Assembly (NCBI GenBank): GCA_951406725.2
Contig: OX597835.1
Span: forward strand, 8,122,001 to 8,186,000
Source of the DNA: Octopus vulgaris
Taxonomy: Eukaryota
Reading direction: 5' to 3'
Length of the DNA stretch: 64,000 nt
A program made the translations under genes and the position numbers. The notes under the pieces were generated by a model. That model had not been told where the DNA came from, did no database searches, and saw nothing but the letters and a program-made list of their open reading frames with translations. This document shows positions 41,370 through 57,836 of this stretch, piece by piece (the stretch's first letter is position 1; every line of letters starts with the position of its first letter).

Positions 41370-42657
41370 GGTTCTTCTGGATTCTTATCTAGATCATACT
41401 TAGGGCATATACAATAACAGGGACATTTCTCGTTTTAAGATGCCACATCTTTTGTATTTCAATTTCCAGGTCCTTATATTTACTTAGTTTGTCAAATACC
41501 TCGACAGATATATTTTTATCAGTGGGAATACTTACATCTATCAATCTACAAGTATTTTCTTCCCTGTCTTTAATAATTATGTCTGGTCGATTAGCCTGGA
41601 TCGTTCTGTCAGTGTTGGCTAGAAAACCCCAGAGGATAATGCAATTTTTACATCCAACGACTGGCTCAGGATGATCGTTCATACCAGTAAGCAGGAGTGC
41701 TGATTTTGTAGTGTTTACGTATTTTCCAAAGTAAATGCTGTCCTACAGTATCGTGGCGATTGTTATATTAGCTTGGTGTTGGCAGAGGGCATCTCGAGAC
41801 GAGATGGTCTATTGTTTCTCAAATGTGTCGCAGAATCTGCATTTAGGATCAGAACAGTTTTGAAGAATGTTAGCCTGGTAGTTGTTTTGTGAGCAAGTTT
41901 TGGTCTTGTGCCGCCAATACGAAAACCTCCAGCTTTTGTTTTCAGTCCTGAACGTCTCAACCATTGATGGGTTGTTGCTTGATCTACATCATCATTTTGA
42001 CTTCGAAGTATATAGTCCATGCAGGGGCTTCTAACTCCACCCTCCTCAGTTCGTTTCTGCCTGTTCTATTTTGCAGCCTGCTTGACCCATTTTGCAGTGG
42101 TTTCAGGTTCTTCCACTATTTCAGGATGAATGCATATTCCCTTGAGAATTTGCAAGGTTCCTTAACAATCGAATGTGACTTTTTGGTGCTTTCGTCCTCT
42201 GTACTAGATAAGTACCTGTTCATTGCTATTGGGGAGGTTTTACAGGGCAGTTCTATCTGCATCATTCCTCTGCCACCATTATTTCTAGGTAGATACAGAC
42301 GATCAACATCTGCTTTTGGGTGGTGCATGTTCTTAGAAGTCATTGTTTTTCTTGTTTGCCTATCCAGGCGTTGGAGCTCTGTAAGATTCCAGTCAATGAT
42401 ATTAAAACTGTATTGGACTACTTAAATTGCTGCGATTTTTAGAGTCGAGTTCAGTTTTTAGTATTAGTCTTATTGTCCTGTAATACTTTTTCTTATTTTT
42501 TTACTTCATAGTAGCACGTTGCATACAATCTCCTTCGTTTATCGCCAGGTATTTGTAATTTTCTAGTGGCCCAAACTCCTTGATGCTAGTGTCGGTATCT
42601 AATTTAATTGCAGCTGTTTGCCTGAGCTTGCCTCTTACAATATTTACTTTAGCACAC

Positions 42658-42660
<3 letters not shown>
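41370..42660 (-). mobile_element. Decayed R4/Dong-like LINE with restriction-like endonuclease domain
   Basis: NYKYLAINE; HHPKADVDRLYLPRNNGGRGM; IQANRPDIIIKD..LIDVSIP..KYKDLEIEIQKMW; 5' junction abuts (TAA)n. Confidence 0.9.
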
Positions 42661-42738
<78 letters not shown>

Positions 42739-42905
42739 ATGTAACTAGTTGGCACAAAGAACCGAAGAGAGAAGATTAATTCTTGTTCACGACGAAGACG
42801 GGAGTCCGATATGATGTAAAAATATATATGTATATATATACATATGCATATACATATACATACGCACATACGCACATATATATATGTGTGTGTGTGTGCG
42901 TGTGT

Positions 42906-42968
<63 letters not shown>

Positions 42969-44511
42969 CACGCGCGTATGCGTACATACATATTTATGAA
43001 TGCAACCGGTATACAGATACATACGAGAAAATGCCCTGTAAAACATCGCCCAGTGAAAAAAGGAAATTGATTTATGTTGCAGTCCTGTTCCTTCTTGTCT
43101 GGCGCTGATTTGAGATTTTAGCATTTACTAGCTTCTGAAAAGATTACAGAGTGAAAGGATTACAGAAAGTGGAGGAAAAAACAAAAAACTATCTGAATAG
43201 CAAAGTTTTATGCCAAGCCACGTAAGTGTTTCTATAAAATTCTCGTTGTTGTTTGCTGTTAGAAAGGTGATGTCAGGAATGAGTTCGAATGAAGCAAAGG
43301 ATTTGTAGATCCTGCTTAGTTGCTGACAATGGCAGCTGTTGCAGAGGCAAAAGTGGAATCATGTCCAGCATGTCTAATGCTTAAATAATGAAGCTGATAA
43401 AAAAATATATATACAGTATTACCAAATACTTATGGACCATATCAATGAATAGATATCGATTATGCAGGATAATTTTAGATGAAACTGAATCATTTCACTT
43501 GCGTTGAGCTCCGATAAACATTTTACGCTATATTTCATAAACGTAAGCACGCAGATACACATACATGCACACGCGAGCGCGCACATGCACGCACGCATCT
43601 TGCGTGTTGGTCTCATCCAAGAAGGGCACCCGTCTGTCTGTCGAACTGTCTGCCTGTCTGTATGTGAGAGTGTATATGAATATATGAGTTTCTCGACATT
43701 TACGTCAGCATATCCCACTCCGTTCTCACCACCTCCATAACACTACAAACACACTGACTCCCACTCCTACCTTAACTTCTCCTCCTAATACTCTACCCCA
43801 CACCAAGCACTCCATCCCCTGCTTCTGATCCCTCCGTTTACGTGGGCCCTGCAGTGACGACTATGACTTTGAGACTCAGTCTCAACTCACGGCTCACCAC
43901 TTAATATTACGTGGATGTCCCCTTACCATTATCCACATTGCTCTTGCCTGGGCACGATCTATGGACCGCGACGCTACACTTTCTCCTCGCACCCGCTCCA
44001 CCCTCACCCGTCTCAACTTTCCTTCTGTGTTCATACTTCCTCTCCTTGTCACACGTGTTCCCTCTCACTCCCTCTCTCTCGCTCTCTGTCAGTCTATGTA
44101 TGATCAAACATGTATATGTTTAAATGTGAGCAAGTATATATATATATATATATATGTACGTAAATGTATATATAATTACGCAATTACAACATATATAATT
44201 ACGTTCTAGGAGTGGCATTTTATGCCATTTAAATGTTAAAATAATTCCTCAACTAACAACGTAAATAGCTTAAATATCGCTCGTAGACAAGAGCGCACCT
44301 GCATGAGTATGTGTGCACGTGTGTTTCTCCATGTGTGTGTGCGTGTGTGTGTGTGTCAATCTGTCTGTGTGTTTGTTAATGTTTCTCTCTGTGTGTACGA
44401 GAATATGTTTTGTGCAAATGCGATGTGATTTCATGTTTTCATCAAAACATGACACATACTTTACAGTTACCTACATTATATATATGTATATGTGTATGTA
44501 TGTATATATAC

Positions 44512-44581
<70 letters not shown>

Positions 44582-44597
44582 ATATTTCGGAATGGTC

Positions 44598-44632
<35 letters not shown>

Positions 44633-44767
44633 TGTATGTATGTATGTATGTGTGTGTATAAATATATATGTATGTATTTATATATACATATACACACATA
44701 TATACATACATATATATATGTGTGTGTGTATAAATATATATGTATGTATTTATATATACATATACAC

Positions 44768-44807
<40 letters not shown>

Positions 44808-44815
44808 ATATATAC

Positions 44816-44904
<89 letters not shown>

Positions 44905-44940
44905 CATATATATGTATGTTATATATACATATAAATATAT

Positions 44941-44990
<50 letters not shown>

Positions 44991-45286
44991 ATAATTCTCG
45001 CGAGCGTGTGTGTATTCTTGTGTCTGCCCTTTGTTGTTGGAAGGTTTTCACACTGCTCTATCAGCCAATTGACCTTTCTCGCCTCTGGCAACGATGTTCA
45101 CTGAACCAATTTCAAATTCCCTGTCTTCCCTAAAAGCAATACTTGTGTCTTGCCTCCCCTCACCCACTTCTTACCTCATCCTCACCCCTCTCCACGCACG
45201 GTGGAAGCAAAATATTGACCCATGCAACATTGCATCTCTGACCCTCTCTCTTCTTAAATCATTTTCTCACTCTCCATATCTATCTC

Positions 45287-45373
<87 letters not shown>

Positions 45374-45411
45374 ACCTACCTACCTACCTACCTACCTACC
45401 TACCTAACTAC

Positions 45412-45465
<54 letters not shown>

Positions 45466-45507
45466 ACCTACCTACCTACCTACCTACCTACCTACCTACC
45501 TACCTAC

Positions 45508-45543
<36 letters not shown>

Positions 45544-45544
45544 A

Positions 45545-45599
<55 letters not shown>

Positions 45600-45608
45600 T
45601 TCTCTCTC

Positions 45609-45808
<200 letters not shown>

Positions 45809-46217
45809 CGTCTGTGTGTTAAAGCGCGTGGCCTTTTTGTTAGAGCGTTGCACTTACAATCGCTAGATCGTGGGTTCTGTTTCCCGACCGGGAAGTGCGT
45901 TGTTTTCTTCAGCAAAGCACTTCATTTCAAGTTGCTCTGCGGTTGGGAGAGTTGTAGAATTGTTGGTACAATCAGTAGAAATGATTTACTGTGTATTTTC
46001 CTGGTCTGTTATATTCTGAATTCAAATCCCACTTGCCTGCAGGCGCAACGAGAAACCACTCCAGTATTCACACCAAGCCGAATTTCCAGTAACGGCGGCA
46101 GAGGAGGGTAGCTCCCTCCCGGGTCGTATAGAGAGTGCTGGAGAAAATGCACATGAACAGGACCTACCCATTATTAAACCACCGCTTGACTGTCCCTCCC
46201 TCTCTCTCTCTATCTAT

Positions 46218-46633
46218 ACTCTTTACTCTGTACTTGTTTCAGTCATTTGACTGTGGCCATGCTGGAGCACCGCCTTTAGTCGAGCAAATCGACCCCGGGA
46301 CTTATTCTTTGTAAGCCTAGTACTTATTCTATCGGTCTCTTTTTGCCGAACCGCTAAGTGACGGGGATGTAAACACACCAGCATCGGTTGTCAAGCAATG
46401 CTAGGGGGACAAACACAGACACACAAACATATACACACACACTTATATATATATATATATATACATATATAGGACAGGCTTCTTTCAGTTTCCGTCTGCC
46501 AAATCCACTCACAAGGCATTGGTCGGCCCGGGGCTATAGCAGGAGACACTTGCCCAAGATGCCACGCAGTGGACTGAACCCGGAACCATGTGGTTGGTTA
46601 GCAAGCTACTTACCACACAGCCACTCCTGCGCC
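46218..46633 (-). mobile_element. SINE family A, full length
   Basis: Reverse complement of the 34276 copy. Confidence 0.92.
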
Positions 46634-46653
46634 TATATATATATATATATATA

Positions 46654-46701
<48 letters not shown>

Positions 46702-46715
46702 GATTAAATAAATAT

Positions 46716-46880
46716 ATTTCTTTATTTCCCACAAGGGGTTAAACATAGAGGGGACAAACAAGGACAGACAAACGGATTAAGTCCATTACATCGACCCCAG
46801 TGCGTAACTGGTACTTAATTTATCGACCCCGAAAGGATGAAAGGCAAAGTCGACCTCGGCGGAATTTGAACTCACGACGT
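46716..46880 (-). mobile_element. SINE family B, 5'-truncated
   Basis: TTTATCGACCCCGAAAGGATGAAAGGCAAAGTCGACCTCGGCGGAATTTGAACTC on the plus strand. Confidence 0.85.
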
Positions 46881-47539
46881 AACGACATAGATAGATGGAG
46901 ATATTCTATAGTTTGTTTCACTCATTCGATTGCGGCCATACTGGGGCAAGACTTTGAAGGTCTTTTCGTCGAACGAATTGAACCCAGTAGATTTTTTTCA
47001 AAAGCCTAGGGCTTATTCTATCGGTGACTTTATGAGGAACGTCTAAGTTGCGGGGAGATACACAAACACCTGTTGCCAAACAGTGGTGGTGGCAAACACA
47101 TACACAATCACACATCAGGTCATTAAGAATGGAATGTTCGATTTTGACCTGGAAGAATATAACATTCTCCCCATACAACCTGCCACACCCTCATTCGACC
47201 TCTATCTCTCTCTCTATCTCTCCCTCTTTCTCACCCTCTTTCTCACTGACTTCTTTATTCTTTTTTCTACTCCGTTCTAATGTATCCCACATGTAAGTAT
47301 TTGAGTGTGTTTTATCTGAAAATTGCCTTGATAAACTATTTGAAGTACCCACCCAACTAATGTAGCCATTTAGTATAATTTTTTCGCTTATTCTCTTTAT
47401 TTTCCACCCTAGTCCTCTTTTTAAGTACTCGCTCCACTTCTTTCTGTAGCTCATTTTCGCATTCTCCCAATTTCTAGTTCCTTCGTCCTCCCCTCATCTA
47501 CCTAAATATGTATTTTATATTTTCCTTGATTAACACTGT

Positions 47540-48000
47540 ATTATACTCCATTAGACATATGTGAAACCAAGGAGGTTCCTCTCGACACCAGCAAGGATGT
47601 CACCCATGCCAAGCATGCCCATCTATCGGATGACATCCATTCGGCTCTTCCTTCGTTGGTTTTTCTGTCAAACCTCTAAAGTGGACATCGCCCTACATCA
47701 TATTGAATCAACTCCGACACGCGTCATGATTAGGATTCGATCTCAATGCGCTTCTTTCGCTACATCAACCTTCTACTCGCTTTTACCTCATATTACGCCC
47801 ACATCACTGTAGGTCATGCAACACTTCCATCTCCTAAACTTCCGCAGCTAAACGTCATCAACATCCGATCCATACACCTTTCGTATGTACACCGACTACA
47901 AAAGCAAAAACCTTGAATCCGACTTCCGATGGGACTTTGCCAGTTTTTTCTCCTCAACAACCTAACTACATTTTCACTGCACATACAAACAAACCTTACC
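47540..48000 (+). mobile_element. Very degenerate Jockey/CR1-like LINE 3' region
   Basis: Fragments such as ALHHIESTPTRVMI and FY..YYAH resemble the ORF2 C-terminus; heavily frameshifted. Confidence 0.3.
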
Positions 48001-48466
48001 CCTCAACACCAACAATCCGAAAAAAAACATCATGCATCTACAACGCACAAATACTGTTTCGCATTGTAGGTTTCAATAATATGCTTAATGAGTTCCTCAG
48101 AAAGAAAAACAAAAAACATGTATCTCAGACTTGGCAAACAGTGAGTCTCAAAGACAAATTCTCCGCAGAGCTATAATGCTACTCATATACAGTTTGGTAG
48201 TTTAGACTACAATCAAATAAAAGCAGCAGGAAGGATTAACATAGAAACGTACTCTAACATGTATCCTTCGGGTATGCGGTCCTCTCTCTATTTGCCTGCT
48301 TCACTCTCTCTCCCTCTTCATCCCTCTCTCTCTCTCTCTTCATCCCTCTCTCCCCCCTCTCTCTCTCTTGTATAGCTACTACAGTGGGTCCTCTTCATCG
48401 AAATGTTTGCTCGTGTACCACCTGGACCGATTCTCTGACTACAAACCACGAACAAAACGAATGTTC

Positions 48467-48499
<33 letters not shown>

Positions 48500-49338
48500 T
48501 GTATGTATGTATGTATGTATTTATGTATGTATGTATGTATGTATGTATTTATGCATGCATGTATGTATGTATTTATGTATGTATGTACGTATGTATGCAT
48601 GTATGTGTGTATGTATGTATGTGTGTATGTATGTATGTATGTATGTATGTATGTGTGTGTGTGTATGTATGTGTGTGTGTGTGTGTTTACACACACGTAC
48701 ATACATATATACACACATACATCGTTGTATGTGTATACACGTATATAGTATGTCTTCTGTGTACAAACACGTACAAATCTATGTACGACAGCTGTTAAGT
48801 TTAGAGTTATAAAGTTTAGAGTTCTAGCTGTTAAGTGTAGATTATCATCGTCCAATCTGCTCCCAGGAGAGTAGTTTCGCCATTACTCTATTCGTTCGAG
48901 CCTGCATCATTCGTCGTCTTCTCTAGCTTCGCTATGTGATTTGGATACCAGGTAACCGGCTCCTAAAGATGGTCCTCAACTGCGCGATCGAGACTGGAAG
49001 AAGGCCTCATGGACGTCCAAAACTTAAGCAGTTTTTCCTTTATGTTCCTCTCGATCGGTTTTGAGACTCTGGCTGTTAATCGGAAGGCATGGAGGTCTGT
49101 GTGTGTTGTTGGAGTAGACCAAACGCAGGAGAGTACAAGACGGGAAGTAGATTTGATAGGCTGTCAAGAGCAAGCAAGCTTGCAAAAAGACACACACACA
49201 CACACACATGTGTACGTGGAGCACAAAATATAGATTATAAAATAAAGCAAATCATTATGTAATATCGCATACCGACACCTGTTTCAAGATAGTCTTAAGT
49301 TAGCTAGTCACCTTTTGCAACTCCAAAAAATATCTACT

Positions 49339-50598
<1,260 letters not shown>

Positions 50599-50813
50599 TA
50601 CATACAAATATTCATATATAAATAATAATGTTTGTATGAGTATGAAGAGAGAGTTATTTATGATGTATTTATATATTCCATATAGTTAATTGGGGAATTA
50701 TAAATAATTGCCTTTGTTCGGTTTTTTGGTAGGGAGATCGTTAAAGAAGTTTATGAAACAAAAACAAAATAGAACGACAGACACAGGAACACACTTAATG
50801 GTACACACACTTG

Positions 50814-50861
<48 letters not shown>

Positions 50862-51674
50862 ATGCATATATACATGTGCACAAACGGATATGTCATATAT
50901 ATGTGCACAGTCATACGACCACGTATATGTGATGCTTATGTGCATGTGTTTTTTTTTTATATGCATCTGTTGTATATGCACACAGACATATTATAATGCA
51001 TATACACCCTTACATATATCGATATTTACATTGATACGTTGTCATGGAATACTTCCATGTGGACAAATATCACTCGTATCATTATAAGTGCTCGGCATAT
51101 CTCCTCTCATCCTTTTGTAGAATTTGATATTTTGCTATTCGCCAACCACTACCACCACCACCACCACAACCCACCCGCCTACCAACCACCACTACAATTA
51201 TCATCATCATCGTCATCACCGTCGTCGTCGTCGTCGTCGTCGTCATTTTCTTTCCTACTTATTATACACATTAATTTCTTTCCGAATAATGCAAATAAAC
51301 GGAGAGATATTTTCTCCTTAAAGTTATTTATGCCAATTACCATTTGTGTTTCAAAGGAATATAATTCCAATTTCTTCTGGAAACCATATACTCTGGCATG
51401 GAATTCTAAGTCTTCAGATTTAATTTGTTATTTTAACGGACTAATGAATTTGCCGAAGATTATTATATTTGGCAAAATGTCATTAAATAAAAAAGTATGT
51501 TCTGTGAAAGCTGAGATGAAAGATGTCTGCAACCTGGTTTCTATTTCACCCTTTAGCGCTACTTTTCATGATATCCAGCTAATATATTTGGAAGAGCCAT
51601 GAACGTCACGTCATCTCATTTGTCGTTCGTTAGAAATTTGAACCGAAGTGGGCAAGAATTATACCGAATCCATT

Positions 51675-51875
51675 TTAACCCTTTAGCATTCAGTTTCCTC
51701 ATGTCATGTTTATTTGCTCACATTGTTTCGGATTAATCGTGCAGTATCTCATAGCTTTGAAGTTACAGTGATGGGATTGCTTCTTTCTAGACTGACATTG
51801 TAGGGTATGTGTGAGAGGCCAGATATGGCCAGTTGTAGCATAAACTGTAGAGAATATGTGAACCCGATATGGCCG
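51675..51875 (+). mobile_element. Possible piggyBac-type MITE fragment
   Basis: Begins TTAACCCTTTAGCA (TTAA + CCC terminus); no intact opposite TIR found. Confidence 0.35.
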
Positions 51876-52109
51876 AGGGATATTTTTTTTTATTTCTTGT
51901 GAAAATATGACATATTTTTTATTTGCGGATGAACTGAAATACAGAAATTGAAATGGGACATAACAATTTGAACAAGGATCGGCTTCCTTGTGGTAACACT
52001 CGACATCTGACCGGACCACAGGGGCCACTTTCTTGATAGACAGCATTCAGGGTATTTTACGGATGAAGCACGTTTGCCTATAGATGATTTGTTTCTTCTT
52101 CTTCAGAGA

Positions 52110-52380
52110 CAAAAAAGGGGGAGAAGGGGAGAAAAGAGAAGAAGAAGAAGAAGGAGGAGGAGGAGGAGTAGGAGAAGAAGAAGAAGAAGAAGAAAAAGAA
52201 GACGAAGACGACGACGACGACGACGACGACGAAGAAGAAGAAGAAGAAGAAGAAGAAGAAGAAGAAGAAGAAGAAGAAGAAAACGAACAAAAAGAAGGAA
52301 AAGAAGAAGAAAAAGAAGGAGAAGAAGAAGAAGAAGAAGAAGAAGGAGAAGAAGTAGAAAAAGAAGAAGAAGAATAAGAA

Positions 52381-52425
<45 letters not shown>

Positions 52426-52510
52426 GAAAAGGAAGAAGAAGAAGAAGAAGAAGAAGAAGAAGAAGAAGAAGAAGAAGAAGAAGAAGAAGAAGAAGAAGGA
52501 TGAGGAGGAG
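52110..52510. repeat. (GAA)n polypurine tract
   Basis: ~400 bp of GAA/GGA/GAC triplets. Confidence 0.95.
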
Positions 52511-52692
52511 GACAGACAAAGGGATTAAGTGGATTATATCGACACCAGTGCGTAACTGGTATTTATTTAATCGACCCCGAAAGGATGAAAGGCAAAGTCG
52601 ACCTCATCGGAATTTGAACTCAAAACGTCGCGGCAGACGAAATACCGCTAAGCATTTCGCCCGGCGTGCTAACGTTTCTGCCCGCTCGCCGT
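52511..52692 (-). mobile_element. SINE family B
   Basis: Reverse complement of the family B head and core. Confidence 0.85.
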
Positions 52693-52896
52693 AGCTAAGA
52701 AAGGACACATCCCCCTCGACGGACTTCTTCGTTGTTCCCTTCTCTCTGATGTCATTCACAAGGAATGGATCGAATAAGTTTCTTCCTGTTGTGCTTGTGA
52801 TGCTGTATCGACCCTTTATCACTCCATTTAAGCCGGGGGGTTTTTTTGTCCTTTTCGCTAACCAGAAGAAAAGCAAAATTAATTTTTTTCGTTATG

Positions 52897-53281
52897 TGGA
52901 AGCACTCCGTCGGTTACGACGACGAGGGTTCCGGTTGATCCGATCAACGGAACAGCCTGCTCGTGAAATTAACGTGTAAGTGGCTGAGCACTCCACAGAC
53001 ACGTGTACCCTTAACGTAGTTCTTGGGGATATTCAGCGTGACACAGAGAGTGAAAAGGCCGGCCCTTTGAAATATAGGTACAACAGAAACAGGAAGTAAG
53101 AGTGAGAGAAAGTTGTGGTGAAAGAGTACAGCAGGGATCACCACCATCCCCTGCCGGAGCCTCGTGGAGCTTTTAGGTGTTTTCGCTCAATAAACACTCA
53201 CAACGCCCGGTCTGGGAATCGAAACCGCGATCCTGCGACTGCGAGTCCGCTGCCCTAACCACTGGGCCATTGCGCCTCCAC
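52897..53281 (-). mobile_element. SINE family C
   Basis: Full-length copy. Confidence 0.92.
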
Positions 53282-54190
53282 ATATTTCTTCGTTATATAC
53301 ATGTCTAGAAGATATACAGCGTGTTTGAGTTTTTATTCAGCGTATGTATGAAATGCAGAGAAATGTGTAATTAATGTAATGAAAAAGGGGGGGGGGATTC
53401 AATTATAACATTTTATATATAACACTGTAGTGCACCTATTCTAATCCTTCACGTGAGTCGTCAGACTTACTGGCGTAAATGAGGTGAAAGGACGACAAGC
53501 AGCAACGAAAACAAGTCATGTTCTAGATTTCCGAGATGATTACATCAAGTAGTGTGACGTCATGTGACGTCATGAACAGATACAACAGAAGTGATACATT
53601 CTGGTTTTACGAAAGAGAAATAGGAGTGGAATTGGACGGCTGATTCTCCCCCACTCCCGCTCTCCACCCTTCAAATTGTAGATGTTACGTAAAAAAAAAA
53701 AAAAAATTAAATGCGGACTATATTTTGCTTTGTCGAGAGTTTTACCATTTTTAATATGGCGTCTGCTAGAAAACAAACAACGAAATTCAGAAGAACAGTT
53801 ACCAAAATAGAAACATCAATTATAAGTTAAAGAACATAACAGTATTAAGATCATATCGGGTGGGAGCCTCTTTATGGGTAGTTGACCTTCTACAAATCAC
53901 AGCTATATCTCTGTTTAATCATGTCTTAAATGAAGGAGACATTTGACATGAACTTGGGTAACACAGAGTGGTGGTGGGGGATTCGTGGATGTATATGCGT
54001 AACTACTTGTATATAGGCATATAAATATACGTGGAAACCCGTGTTTTTGCGTGTGATTCAATGGTTCAGACTGACGTTGACAACATGCAGTGGCTTCCTT
54101 TTGTAGATATTTACTCGACAGATGCTGGTTATCTCAAGCTTAAGGCAGAAATGAAGAGTTTTCACTTGTTTAATCGGTGCACCACATGCT

Positions 54191-54230
<40 letters not shown>

Positions 54231-54434
54231 GAGAAATAGAGTGAAAGAGAGAGAGAAAGACAGAGAGACAGAGAGAGAGAAAGAGGGAGAAGTATATTCC
54301 TCCCAGAATACTTAGTAACGAGAGCAACAACAACTAAAACAATGTAACGTAACATTATCTATAACAAGACGAGAAAGAGGTTATGGAGAAGATTGCCTGG
54401 CTCCTGTCTGTAGTCTAATTAAACATGCAGAAAA

Positions 54435-54493
<59 letters not shown>

Positions 54494-55206
54494 CGTAATA
54501 TAGATGACTTAATTAACTTGCAACATCCATCTTGGCTCAAAACATAAACAACTAAGCGATATTGAACAATAGGTCATTTTATTGATTAGAAGTCTGGATT
54601 AATTTGGTTTGTTTTTTTTTAATCAATTTCAACCCCCCAAAATAATGAGTTCCTGCAATTTCCCAACCACCACAATTACGAAGTGTAAACTCCACACTGT
54701 CTCCTACATTGTTTTTATTATTAATTCTATATCTTTCTCCTTTGACTGCTTCTTTATTTATCTCGGTTGTTTACTACTAAACTCCAAGTTGTTTATATCT
54801 AGCTGTTGTCTTCTCTACAACATATTCAAGACTTCCCATTCCAAACTGAGAGACTCAATGCAGCAATGAAGTATTTCAAGAGGTTTTGACGATACTCTAC
54901 CTGCTGAAGAAGAGAAATCTTACACTTGTCCTCAATGTTGACAAGTCATTGCTGATAACAACGGCAATGTCACTGATTTAATCGCTCTATAACAACTAAT
55001 GTAATCTATGAAAGACAACTGCAGAGATATTCACAGCAAGTTGGCTCACGCCTGCTGATTGAATGAAAATACATGCACACAGATGTTTATGTAAAACGGT
55101 TCTGTAGTCAGAGGCAAATGTGGTACTTGTCTTCAGATAATTGAACAAAAGTAATACATGTTTGGGCAGTCTCCTTTATTTTTTTTTCTATATATGTCAC
55201 ATATAT

Positions 55207-55623
55207 AGGAGTGGCTGTGTGGTAAGTAGCTTGCTAACCGACCACATGGTTCCGGGTTCAGTCCCACTGCGTGGCATCTTGGGCAAGTGTCTTCTGCTAT
55301 AGCCCCGGGCCGACCAATGCCTTGTGAGTGGATTTGGTAGACGGAAACTGAAAGAAGCCCGTCGTATATATGTATATATATATATATATAAGTGTGTGTG
55401 TATATGTTTGTGTGTCTGTGTTTGTCCTACTAGAATTGCTTGACAACCGATGCTGGTGTGTTTAGGTCCCCGTCACTTAGCGGTTCGGCAAAAAGAGACC
55501 GATAGAATAAGTACTGGGCTTACAAAGAATAAGTCTCGGGGTCGATTTGCTCGACTAAAGGCGGTGCTCCAGCATGGCCGCAGTCAAATGACTGAAACAA
55601 GTAAAAGAGTAAAGAGTAAAAGA
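55207..55623 (+). mobile_element. SINE family A
   Basis: AGGAGTGGCTGTGTGGTAAG to AAAGAGTAAAGAGT. Confidence 0.92.
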
Positions 55624-55735
55624 CTATATGAAGCGAGTCGTATTCGAAACTGTTGAATGTTCAACAGCGAAAGGCTTAACAAAATGTAGGATTCTTACAA
55701 TCATACACGTTTTATTGTAGTGCAAATATAATGTA

Positions 55736-56122
55736 ACTAGCAGTATCGCCCGGCGTTGCTCGGGTTTGTAAGGGAAATAACTATAAAGCATTTTTAGAGA
55801 GTTATAGCCAAAAAATAGCAAAAAAATGGGAAAAAAATGATAGTAAATTTTTTTTTTGATAGTTAAAAAGGTCGATTCGCGTCCCCTAGACAGTCTGTGG
55901 TTTGGGTTTCTGATTCTCGACCCCATGTCGAATTTATCGATTTTTTCAGAACTGGGGGAACTTTTCAAAATTTTCGCTGCGTTAGTTTTGAATTATGACA
56001 TTGGGCTATGTGTGTGTCAAGTTTCATCAGAATCGGTTGAAAGCCGTGGCCAGGGTGAGGGTACAAGCAAACAGACACACAGAAACACACACAGACAAAC
56101 TGCCGTTTATATAGAGAGAGAT
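55736..56122 (+). mobile_element. Helentron-associated non-autonomous element (HINE/DINE-1-like)
   Basis: ACTAGCAGTATCGCCCGGCGTTGCTCGGG terminal stem-loop, AAGTTTCATCAGAATCGG, internal ACAG/ACAC repeat, TTTATATAGAGAGAGAT end. Confidence 0.7.
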
Positions 56123-56231
56123 ATACATGTGTGTGTGTGATTGTGCGTGTGTATGTGTGTGTGTGCATGTGTGCGTATGTGTTTGTATGTGTGTGTGCGT
56201 GTATGTGTGTGTCTGTGTTTTTTTTTTTTTT

Positions 56232-56617
56232 GAAGCACTCCGTCGGTTACGACGACGAGGGTTCCGGTTGATCCGAATCAACGGAACAGCCTGCTCGTGA
56301 AATTAAAACGTGTAAGTGGCTGAGCACTCCACAGACACGTGTACCCTTAACGTAGTTCTCGGGGATATTCAGCGTGACAGAGAGAGTGACAAGGCCGGCC
56401 CTTTGAAATACAGGTACAACAGAAACAGGAAGTAAGAGTAAGAGAAAGTTGTGGTGAAAGAGTACAGCAGGGATCACCACCATCCCCTGCCGGAGCCTCG
56501 TGGAGCTTTTAGGTGTTTTCGCTCAATAAACACTCACAACGCCTGGTCTAGGAATCGAAACCGCAATCCTATGACCGCGAGTCCGCTGCCCTAACCACTG
56601 GGCCATTGCGCCTCCAC
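56232..56617 (-). mobile_element. SINE family C
   Basis: Full-length copy. Confidence 0.92.
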
Positions 56618-57159
56618 GTGTGTCTGTGTATTCAAGTATGTATTCACAAGAAGAATCCTATGTATTCCTTCGCGCTGTGTAATCGGAACTACATTCTCTT
56701 CCAAGAACTTTTTATGGTTGCTGTTTATAAATTTGTAACAACAATTATATGGTCGTTATCATTTCCTCTTCTCTACCCTGTCTCACCCCCTCTCTCTCTC
56801 CATCACTTTCTCTCTCTCCCCTCTCTCAAATTCTCTTCCCTTTTTTCTTCCATGTCCTTTTATGTTCCTCACTTGCAATTTGTTGCTGCTTCCATTCATC
56901 CAACTGAAACAAGAAAGCAAGCAGAAGAAATAACACAGCTAGCAACGGTGTTTGTCCAAGAACTACGCCTGAATATTTAATCTTTATTGGTTTTTGCCTT
57001 GCAGCACTCTAATCTGAGTCGCTAATGTCTGTCGATGTTTTGCTTTAGTTTTAATGTAACAGTATTATTATCGTCTGCTTTGCCTCCATTTCTCTGTATC
57101 TTAACCCTACATTTGTCTGTGTATTCGTATATTCTATATCACGACTTCCCTTACTTCAC

Positions 57160-57541
57160 TGGAGGTGCAATGGCCCAGTGGTTACGGCAGCGGACTCGCG
57201 GTCATAGGTTTGCGGTTTCGATTCCCAGACCGGGCGTTGTGAGTGTTTATTGAGCGAAAACACCTAAAGCTCCACGAGGCTCCGGAGGAGATGGTGGTGA
57301 TCCCTGCTGTACTCTTTCACCACAACTTTCTCTCACTCTTACTTCCTGTTTCTGTTGTACCTGTATTTCAAAGGGCCGGCCTTGTCACTCTCTGTGTCAC
57401 GCTGAATATCCCCGAGAACTACGTTAAGGGTACACGTGTCTGTGGAGTGCTCAGCCACTTACACGTTAATTTTACGAGCAGGCTGTTCCGTAGATTCGGA
57501 TCAACCGGAACCCTCTTCGTCGTAACCGACGGAGTGCTTCC
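57160..57541 (+). mobile_element. SINE family C
   Basis: Full-length copy; ACTTCACTG TSD. Confidence 0.92.
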
Positions 57542-57761
57542 CACTTCACTGAATATATTTCTTGTCTCTTGAGTCCCTGTTGCACTGTATCCGTTTATAA
57601 ACACGAACCTAATAGGACCCTATTCACAAGTAATAAAGAAAACTCAACAGGGGTCGAAAGAAACAGCAAACCTTTGCAACCAAAGAAAAGTAGTAAAAAG
57701 AAGTAATTCAAAAAGCAATTACAAAGTAGAAAAGGTAGATCGTCCGTGAAGAGGAGGCTCA

Positions 57762-57836
57762 CATCAACGAGGGTGACTCCAACGAGGGTGACATCAACGA
57801 GGGTGACTCCAACGAGGGTGACTCCAATGAGTGTAA
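57762..57836. repeat. 15-bp tandem repeat x5
   Basis: CATCAACGAGGGTGA and CTCCAACGAGGGTGA units; the last one is degenerate. Confidence 0.85.
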
